From IMG/VR virus record IMGVR_UViG_3300028833_000066: 64,000 nucleotides of DNA. The stretch is one strand, 5' to 3'. Both the position numbers and the translations under genes were made by a program. A model generated the notes under the pieces. It was not told where the DNA came from and did not search any database. It saw nothing but the letters and a program-made list of their open reading frames with translations. Below are positions 43,207-50,976 of the stretch, piece by piece (position 1 is the stretch's first letter; the number at the start of each line of letters is the position of its first letter). The DNA is from a virus. Taxonomy: Duplodnaviria > Caudoviricetes.

Positions 43207-43359
43207 TCAGTCATCATACTGACGCCCTTTGTGCTTTGGGGGCTTCCGCCGTTTATCGGGGATAATTTTAGTCACAGGGGAAATGGAACCCCAGTCACCG
43301 CGGATAGAGCGGACAATTTCAAATTGGGATTTAACCTGAGCCTTACGCTTCATTTTCAT
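43207..43359 (-). CDS. Small basic protein (50 aa)
   Basis: AAGGAGG RBS; IRGDWGSISPVTKIIPDKRRK. Confidence 0.6.
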   Translation of the reverse strand: MKMKRKAQVKSQFEIVRSIRGDWGSISPVTKIIPDKRRKPPKHKGRQYDD

Positions 43360-43450
43360 TGCCTCCTTCTTGGTACATTTTGATTATATCATAGTCAAAG
43401 CATTTTGTCAAGAGGAAATTTTCGGCTGGCCAAAAAGGATGCGTAATTTT

Positions 43451-44104
43451 TTACGCATCCCAGTTGAGACAAGTGGCATAAATGCGGGCTTCAATTTCAG
43501 TATCGCCAACGCCAGTATGCTCCTCCTCAAAATCAGTATTTTGAGTAAGGAATCTCCAAATTGCTTCCGCTGTTGCTCGCGGTCTCGGGATGGCGTGGTT
43601 GGTCATCAAACCATTTTCTTTACAAAAGGTTATATATTCATCAGTTTTACAAATGGTATTTCGTGCCAGTTTCATGGTATCAATTACAGGCATATTGTAC
43701 GGGATGAAATAACGTTTTTTGCTTTTAGTTTGATAACGCATAGTAGCATTGAGTACTCGAATATCGAAAGACGCATTGTGAGCGATGATAGCTTCAACAT
43801 GCCACTTGTCGCACAAGTCTCGGAAAATCTTATACATTCCCCAACTATCCGTGACTGTATATTTTTTGTCCCAAATGTCCCGCCAATACTGCGGAATCTT
43901 ATCCGCAAAATAAGCATCTTTCATCGTCTCGGGCATAGAGATGAAAACATCACGATTGATCACGGGCACAACTTCAAGGGTCTTGCCCTCGTCATTAATG
44001 ACGCGGAAGCAAGCGTCATAAACCTGCCCATCATCTGAAAATAGTTTACCATTAATTTTATAAGTGTTTGCGGTTTCAGTGTCCACGACCATTTTATTGC
44101 CCAT
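43451..44104 (-). CDS. DEDDh 3'-5' exonuclease, paralog D2
   Basis: VDTET; AHNASFD; HTGVGD; shares TMRYQTKSK.RYF with D1. Confidence 0.8.
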   Translation of the reverse strand: MGNKMVVDTETANTYKINGKLFSDDGQVYDACFRVINDEGKTLEVVPVINRDVFISMPETMKDAYFADKIPQYWRDIWDKKYTVTDSWGMYKIFRDLCDKWHVEAIIAHNASFDIRVLNATMRYQTKSKKRYFIPYNMPVIDTMKLARNTICKTDEYITFCKENGLMTNHAIPRPRATAEAIWRFLTQNTDFEEEHTGVGDTEIEARIYATCLNWDA

Positions 44105-44244
44105 TTTAGAAAGCCTTTCTGGTTTGGGAGGTGTCCTTCCTCTTTTCAATGATGATTGTATCATATTTGTGCGAGTTTGTCAAGCCTAACTTTTTGGCCG
44201 GCGAGGTTAGTTATGACTAACTATTATATATAAAAAAATGGGGA

Positions 44245-44619
44245 TTACTCCCCATCCTTTTCGGCCTTCTTCGCGGCCTTTTCGGCACGCCGCTTGGCGT
44301 CAGCCGCGATCTTCGCGGCTTTCTTTTCCTCGGCGACCTTGTGCTTCTCGGCCTTTTCGGCACATTCGCGAGCGTAGCCATCCGCGGCGGCGTAGCCATC
44401 GTAGGCATTGTAGCCACCTTTACCGTTTCGAGTACCGCGAGGAGTAGAAACTTTTACCACAATCCACGCATCATCGCCCTCAGCGTCAACGCAAGGCAGG
44501 GCAATTTCATTGGAACTCACGCGGAGGACTTCTTCATCAGACAGAAGCCCGATGAACTTGTCAAGGAAGGAAGCACGGAGAGCGGATTCGATAGCAGTCT
44601 TAGTCATAGCCATAAGCAT
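44245..44619 (-). CDS. Early protein with Lys/Ala/Glu-rich tail, paralog B2
   Basis: KAEKHKVAEEKKAAKIAADAKRR. Confidence 0.7.
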   Translation of the reverse strand: MLMAMTKTAIESALRASFLDKFIGLLSDEEVLRVSSNEIALPCVDAEGDDAWIVVKVSTPRGTRNGKGGYNAYDGYAAADGYARECAEKAEKHKVAEEKKAAKIAADAKRRAEKAAKKAEKDGE

Positions 44620-44894
44620 TTCCTTTCTGGTTTTTAAGAGTTTCCTTCTCTTATGTCTTGATTATACTACAGAGTGGAGGTTTTGTCAAGAGGAATTTTT
44701 TATCATCGTGAGGAGGTGTCCCTCATCCTCTTGACAATTATTATTATACTCAAAATTTGATTTTTGTCAAGTATTTTTTTCTATGAATATTTATAAATTT
44801 TTTGTATAATTATGCACTGCCGGCACGAAAGTTAGTAATGACTAAATAACTATTGTATGCGTCAAAAGAAAAAAGACCCCGAAGGGTCTTTTAC

Positions 44895-45227
44895 TCACCG
44901 CAGGCGATACACATTACCGCCCTTGGTCTGCTCAACGCTCACAGCATCGTTCCAGTAGTGCAGGAGAGCATACTGTACCTTACCCTTGGTCATGCCATTG
45001 GGCAGAGTATCGCCACAGCTCTCCATCAGCTCCGACAGCGTAGCTCCATCAGTAGCCAGCTTCAGCTGTCCAAGCACCAGCTCGCGGGCCGATTCATACA
45101 GCTCCCGATTCGCAGCAGCCTTCTCGGCATTGCGATTCAGCTCCCGCATCAGCTCCGCACGGGCATCCGCCATCTCAGGCACGTTCTCAAGGAAGGAAAC
45201 AAGGGACTGCATAGTGGTCTTCTTCAT
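44895..45227 (-). CDS. Winged-HTH-like early protein, paralog A4
   Basis: ATLSELME..MTKGKVQYALLHYWND. Confidence 0.75.
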   Translation of the reverse strand: MKKTTMQSLVSFLENVPEMADARAELMRELNRNAEKAAANRELYESARELVLGQLKLATDGATLSELMESCGDTLPNGMTKGKVQYALLHYWNDAVSVEQTKGGNVYRLR

Positions 45228-45620
45228 AGTGATATCCTTTCTGGTTTTTAGGACTTTTCCTTGTCCTCTTTACATCTTGATTATACCACAGTTTTGAGGT
45301 CTTGTCAAGTGTTTTTTGAAACTTTTTTTTCGTTTGCGGCAAGATTTCCGTGGCCTTTGGAATCTTGGGAGAGCAGTCCATCTTGCCGCATTCTTTCGGG
45401 TGGTGCCCCTCTGTCCTCCCGACACTTTATATTATACTCGGATTTAGGTTTCTGTCAAGTGTTTTTCGCAAAAAGTTTTGTAAAGTTTTTAACAATGTTG
45501 TTAGTTAGTTATAGCTAACTCGGCCGCCGGCAAAAGAGTTAGTTTCAGCTAACTCTCGTAATTATGCCGGCAGAAAAGTTAGTCGCAGCTAACTTTGCCG
45601 ATAAAAAAACTGACAGCGGC

Positions 45621-46070
45621 TTACGCCACCGCCAGCCCCGCCAGCGTCTTTTCGTTGGTCAGTTCAGCTCCGTCAAACTTGATTTGGAGCTCCCGCCCGT
45701 TCAGGCTCAGGTCTCCGGCCACCCAGAAGGGAACGCTATCCTTGACCCAGTGCTGACCAGCCAGCTCGGTGATGATCCGCTCAAAGTTCTCGCCCTTGTT
45801 GTGGTGGGTGTCAGCTTCCAGATCCTCGGCCTTGCCGATGATCTTGGCCAGCCCCTTGGCAATCAGGGCCAGCTTGTCAGCTTTCGCGACGCGGATGCGA
45901 ATCTTGGCCATGCCGCCCCGCTTGCTGGAAGCGTGGTCCAGCTTCAGCACGGCGTCAGGCAGCTCGGGCAGCTCGGCGGCGAACAGTTCGCCGTGGTGGA
46001 CAAAGCCGAGGACATAAGCATCAGCGGCAGAATGGGCTTCGTAGGTGTTCAGCATCTCTTCGCGGGTCAT
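45621..46070 (-). CDS. Early protein, paralog E1 (possible PD-(D/E)XK-like fold)
   Basis: NKGENFE..PFWVAGDL..QIKFDGA; AGGGAGG RBS. Confidence 0.7.
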   Translation of the reverse strand: MTREEMLNTYEAHSAADAYVLGFVHHGELFAAELPELPDAVLKLDHASSKRGGMAKIRIRVAKADKLALIAKGLAKIIGKAEDLEADTHHNKGENFERIITELAGQHWVKDSVPFWVAGDLSLNGRELQIKFDGAELTNEKTLAGLAVA

Positions 46071-46595
46071 CGTGGTGGCCTCCCTTGCTTTCATCTTACA
46101 AGTAGATTATACAGTGCCGGACCGATTTTGTCAAGAGGTTTTTTGAAAAAAGTTATTACATTTCTGTTAAGATTTTATAGACTTTTCGTAATACTTTTGT
46201 AATAGTTTCGTGCTTTAACGTGTTAAAGCGGAGATACCTCGGCAGGTGAGGTATCCCACGGTGGAGGTACTTCGGCAGGTGAGGTATTGCCGGCAAAGTA
46301 GTTAGTGACAACTAATCTGGTTAGTCATAACTAACTCTTATAATACTTATTTAGTCATAACTAACTCCGCGAAAATAGTTAGTTAGTTATAACTAACTTA
46401 AAAAATCGCACCCTCGCCGTGGGTCCGACCGGTTCTCCGCTCCTCTGGTTATAGTATAGCACACTATGGAAAAATGTCAAGAGGTTTTCAAAAATTTTTT
46501 GAAAAAATTTTGCCGGCAAGATTTTGAAAAAAGTGCTTGACAAGTCCGGACAAGTATGTTATAATCAAGATGTAAAGAGAAGCAAGGAGGAAGAA

Positions 46596-46760
46596 ATGAT
46601 GAAGAGTTTCGAGGTTGAAATTAGCTGGGTAGAGGCTCATGGTTTCCGTTATGTGGTGAAGGATGGCAAGCTGTATTGGCAGACCGCGATTCAGACCGCG
46701 GAGATGGACGAGGATGGTCATATTGTATGGCATGAAAAAGAATATTTTAATCTTCTGTAA
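46596..46760 (+). CDS. Small early protein
   Basis: Promoter 46537-46565; AAGGAGG RBS. Confidence 0.65.
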   Translation: MMKSFEVEISWVEAHGFRYVVKDGKLYWQTAIQTAEMDEDGHIVWHEKEYFNLL

Positions 46761-46832
46761 AACCTCTTGACAAAACATTGACCGTCTGTTATAATCAAGA
46801 TGTACCAAAGAGATAGAAAGGAAGTAGGAACA

Positions 46833-47048
46833 ATGTACAAAACTACTTGGATTATCAGTGATGAAAGTGACGAGGGTATCTATCAGACAGAATTGACCTT
46901 GTATCATTTCGGAAAAACTCCCAAATTTCCCAGTTGGTACATGGAAGAAAATCACTCTTACGTGATTGAAATGGTTTGGAATTTCAAATTGATTGTTCGT
47001 CCTTCAATCTTCTTTAAGTGCCTGACCCATCAATACATTATCAAGTAA
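46833..47048 (+). CDS. Small early protein
   Basis: Promoter 46768-46795; RBS. Confidence 0.55.
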   Translation: MYKTTWIISDESDEGIYQTELTLYHFGKTPKFPSWYMEENHSYVIEMVWNFKLIVRPSIFFKCLTHQYIIK

Positions 47049-47124
47049 AAAAGTACTTGACAAATCCGGCAACCTGTGCTATACTTAGATCGTACCAAGG
47101 GAAGAACAAAAGGAGGATCACAAA

Positions 47125-47433
47125 ATGATCACCATGCGTCATCTGCTGACCCTGAAAGAAAACGACGGCATGACCCTGAAAAACGGCGAGATGATCACTT
47201 ATAAAAGCGGCTGGCAAGTAGCCACCGAAGGCGTGGAATGTGTAAGTCCGAAGGATGCCATGCGTGCGATTAAGCAGTATAACGGCACTTGCGGCGTGTG
47301 GTACGCTGGCGGTATCTACTACATTGACAAAAGCCACCGCGTGAGCACGAAACGTGAGGCCATGGAGATCGGCCGCAAGTGCAAGCAGATTTCCGTCCTG
47401 CGCTGGCATGATATGGGACTTGTCTACTGCTGA
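47125..47433 (+). CDS. Hypothetical early protein
   Basis: AAGGAGG RBS; own promoter. Confidence 0.75.
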   Translation: MITMRHLLTLKENDGMTLKNGEMITYKSGWQVATEGVECVSPKDAMRAIKQYNGTCGVWYAGGIYYIDKSHRVSTKREAMEIGRKCKQISVLRWHDMGLVYC

Positions 47434-47551
47434 GCAGTAGGCCGGAAAAATTTCTTTGAAAAAGTTTTGAAAAAGTGCTTGACAAATAATCGGGAATATG
47501 TTAATATATAGTCACCGGGAGGGACCCCGGAAGATAAAGGAGGAAACGAAA

Positions 47552-47719
47552 ATGACTCACATCAACAACCTGCCCCACACCTTCCGCGCTTGGATTGTCG
47601 CCCGTGAGGTTGATGGCGAGCTGTGGTTCTGGGGGTCTTGGGACTCCCGCGAGGCCGCGCAGGCCGCGGCGTGGGATATCGGCGGCGTGGTCGTGTCCCG
47701 CGACTGGGTGGAGGCCTGA
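47552..47719 (+). CDS. Small early protein, paralog F1
   Basis: WIVAREVDGELWFWGSW. Confidence 0.7.
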   Translation: MTHINNLPHTFRAWIVAREVDGELWFWGSWDSREAAQAAAWDIGGVVVSRDWVEA

Positions 47720-47913
47720 GCCTCCACCCCGGCACCGGATCCACCGGCGCCGTTTTTTATGCCGGCACAAAAGTTAGTTATGACTAACTGATTCGGATCG
47801 GCGGTTAGTTATAACTAACCGGAGTATGTTGCCCTGGCGCTCGGCTGAAAAAAGTTTTTAAAAAACTTTCAAAAACCTCTTGACAAACCCGCGAAAGTGT
47901 GGTAAGATTAAGA

Positions 47914-48022
47914 TGTACCAAGGGAAGAGAGAAGAAGAAAACAACCTCTCCCAAGCGCATAACTTGGTGAAGTAAAATCAAAACTCTCTACCAAACAGAC
48001 GAAACTTTCTTCCCTTGGTACA
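47914..48022 (+). ncRNA. Candidate sRNA closed by a perfect 15-bp terminal stem
   Basis: Promoter 47880-47908; TGTACCAAGGGAAGA...TCTTCCCTTGGTACA; no ORF. Confidence 0.55.
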
Positions 48023-48094
48023 CAAAAACCTCTTGACAAACCGGCCGCAATGCGCTATAATAAGACTGTAAAGAGAAGCAAGGAGGAAACACAA

Positions 48095-48271
48095 ATGCTG
48101 AACACCGAAGAAATCCGCAACGTCCCGACCTACGCCTACGGCCATCCCTATTGGGTGGTGCGCGAGGCGGACGGCGAGTACTGGTTCTATGGCGCGTATG
48201 ACACGCTCGCCCGCGCTCGCGAGGTGGCCGCGATGGTGGACGGCCTCCCCGTGGAGAACCCCGCGGCCTGA
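48095..48271 (+). CDS. Small early protein, paralog F2
   Basis: WVVREADGEYWFYGAY. Confidence 0.7.
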   Translation: MLNTEEIRNVPTYAYGHPYWVVREADGEYWFYGAYDTLARAREVAAMVDGLPVENPAA

Positions 48272-48529
48272 CCCGCCGCGGGTCTTTTTTTGCCCGGATC
48301 GCCGGCATGAAAAAAGTTTGGAAAAATTGCAAAAAGGGCTTGACAGACTTGACATATCATGCTATAATAAGGATGGTGGAGGAGGGCCCAACTATATAAG
48401 TTAGTCATAACTAACTAAATTGCCGGCGAAAAAGTTTGCGGAAAATGAAAAAACCTCTTGACAATTCCGGCAAGATATGCTAATATATAGTCACAGGGAG
48501 GAACCCTGGAAGATAAGGAGGAACGCAAG

Positions 48530-48691
48530 ATGCTGACTGAAAATTCTGGAAAGTACGAAATCCTTGGTTATCTCGTGGAAAATGGCTTTGACCTCGGTGA
48601 CATGACAATGGATGAATGGGCTACGGCCTACACCATGGAGGAACTGTGGGGCATCGTCCAGTATATGCTCGGGCAGGTGGAGGACTGGTAA
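48530..48691 (+). CDS. Small acidic early protein (53 aa)
   Basis: AAGGAGG RBS; promoter 48458-48485. Confidence 0.6.
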   Translation: MLTENSGKYEILGYLVENGFDLGDMTMDEWATAYTMEELWGIVQYMLGQVEDW

Positions 48692-48764
48692 GTCCTTCGC
48701 AATCTCGAAAAAAAGTACTTGACAAAATACACCTTATCCTGTATAATTAAGATGTAGAAAGGAA

Positions 48765-49202
48765 GTGCTCACAATGACGATCTGGTTCGACATGGATGGC
48801 ACAATCGCTGACCTGTATGGTGTGAACAACTGGCTTGACTATCTGCTTGCCCACGATGCTACACCTTACAAGGTTGCAAAGCCTCTTGTCAATATGAACG
48901 TGCTTGCTCGCAAGCTGAACGCTTTACGTAAGCAAGGTTACAAGGTTGGTATCATCTCTTGGCTGAGCAAAAACAGCACTGCCGAATATGACAACGCCGT
49001 GACCTTGGCAAAGCGTGCTTGGCTGGCTGAGCACTTGGCAAGCGTGGCCTTTGATGAGATCCGCATCGTCTCCTATGGTGTGAATAAATGGCAAGCCTGC
49101 GGTGAAGGAATCTTATTCGACGATGAAGAGAAAAACCGCAAGGATTGGAAAAACGACGCCTTTGAACCTTGCCACATTATGGAAGTCTTGAAGAGCCTGT
49201 GA
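48765..49202 (+). CDS. HAD-superfamily nucleotidase-like protein, paralog C2
   Basis: IWFDMDGTIADLYGV...ILFDDE. Confidence 0.8.
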   Translation: MLTMTIWFDMDGTIADLYGVNNWLDYLLAHDATPYKVAKPLVNMNVLARKLNALRKQGYKVGIISWLSKNSTAEYDNAVTLAKRAWLAEHLASVAFDEIRIVSYGVNKWQACGEGILFDDEEKNRKDWKNDAFEPCHIMEVLKSL

Positions 49203-49791
49203 CAAGGTTCTTTTTTTATAATAGTACGGTTAGTCATAACTAACTCGCTTGCCGGCATTAAAAAAGAGTAACCACTACATGGTTACTCTTTTGCCTTGTC
49301 ATTGGCAAGGGCAAGGGCAAACGCCTGCATGATGAAGCCGATCACAACACCTATAAGCCACCAATCACACCGAGACAGATAGCACATAAGCCCGCAAATA
49401 GTGCTGAGGAAGACGCCGAGATAGCCCATCATTTTAGCCCCTTCTTTCCTTTGGTTTCACCTATATTATATCAGAAATTTTGTAAAAGTCAAGTAATAAT
49501 TTTGTAATAGGTGGAGGATTCTGCTCCGAAAAGTCTACCGGCAAATAATAAGAAAAAAGGGCTTGACAAAATCGCCGGCATAATGTATAATAAAGATGCA
49601 CCGGAACGGAGAGACAGGGGAGAGTGAAGACATGAGTTAGTTATAACTAATTACCTTTTCGGCACTGGTGGAGGCTCAAAAAAAATTTTTGAAAAATGAA
49701 AAAGTGCTTGACAAGTCCGGCATTGTGTGCTATACTTTAATCACGGTGGAGGGAGACCGAAGCCGAATAGAAAGAAAAGGGGACTTCAAAA

Positions 49792-50010
49792 ATGACTATC
49801 CGCGAATACTTCGACACTATCTATGCCACCGAGGATTTTGAGGACGCCGCCGACTATGAGCGGACTATCTACCACTGCATGGAAGAGGACTTCGACGACT
49901 TCACTATGTGGGCAGTGGAAAACGGCATTGACCTGACCGCCACCACTGAAATCATGGGCGAAACCGTGCCCGTGTTGCTCGCGTGGGCGTGGGATATGTG
50001 CGAAGAGTGA
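49792..50010 (+). CDS. Highly acidic small early protein (possible DNA mimic)
   Basis: D/E-rich 72 aa; own promoter. Confidence 0.65.
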   Translation: MTIREYFDTIYATEDFEDAADYERTIYHCMEEDFDDFTMWAVENGIDLTATTEIMGETVPVLLAWAWDMCEE

Positions 50011-50256
50011 AAACCCTTCGCCTTTTCTTTTTTTGTAAAAAGTGCTTGACAAGTCTGCCGGTCTGTGCTATACTATCATCAGAGGAAGGGAAAACGCTTC
50101 GGACCAACGGCGGACCTGCCCATTTTTATTTTTGACTATCTTTGATCTTTGTGGACTATGGGCAAAAACTTTTTTCGTAAAAATGCAAAAAAGGGCTTGA
50201 CAAGTTTACCGGCAAGGTGTATAATCAGGGTGAAGATAAGGAAAGGGGACATCACC

Positions 50257-50709
50257 ATGATGAACACTCTGCTGACCGCCTACAACAAGCTGACTGCCGC
50301 CACCATCTACTTTATCGGCTTCGTCCTCTCCGGCACCGTCTACGGTGGCTATTTCACCGAAATTCCCACCGCCGCCCTGAAACTTGACCACGAAAGCACC
50401 GCCCGCGGCGGCGCGGCGAAAATCCGCATTCGCTTTAATAAGGACTTAAAGCTTGCCCTCAAGGCACAAGGCAAAGTCAAAGCCCTTGCCACCATCGAAG
50501 CACTTGCCGCCGACCCCCGTTATAACAAAGGCGACAACTTTGAGAAGCTGATTGCTGAACTGAACGGCATTCAGTGGGCGAAAAACTCTGACCCCTTTTG
50601 GGTCGCTGGAGACCTTGAAATCAACGGCGAACAGGTACAAGTCAAGTTTGACGGTGCGGAACTGGTGAATGAAAAATCCCTCCGCAAAGCCCTGACGGTT
50701 GCCGCCTGA
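50257..50709 (+). CDS. Early protein, paralog E2
   Basis: NKGDNFE..PFWVAGDL..QVKFDGA. Confidence 0.7.
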   Translation: MMNTLLTAYNKLTAATIYFIGFVLSGTVYGGYFTEIPTAALKLDHESTARGGAAKIRIRFNKDLKLALKAQGKVKALATIEALAADPRYNKGDNFEKLIAELNGIQWAKNSDPFWVAGDLEINGEQVQVKFDGAELVNEKSLRKALTVAA

Positions 50710-50843
50710 GTGGCAACCTTCTTTTTTTATTTTTTCATAATAGTTACTTAGTTATCACTAACTCGCTCGACTTTAATGCTTTAATGCAATGAAGTGGAGG
50801 AAAACTATTCGCGTCAATTTACACGCTTTAATGCGTTAAAGAG

Positions 50844-50976
50844 TTGTTAAATTTTTAACAATCGCCCCACCCTCATGTTTTCTTCAATACTTTAATGCAT
50901 TAAAGTGGGTCTGCGGCAGAATACTTATTTAGTTATAACTAACTCGCTCGATGCTATATTGTTAAATTTTTAACAA
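50844..50976. promoter_or_regulatory. Two perfect Rex-like operators (TTGTTAA-N4-TTAACAA)
   Basis: 50844-50861 and 50959-50976; degenerate copies at 36197, 38400, 40113, 43170 and 45478. Confidence 0.6.

Noticed and set aside
45500-46400. CRISPR array from the clustered palindromes
   Set aside because: Repeats are only 18 bp with variable cores and irregular spacing, and no cas genes are present
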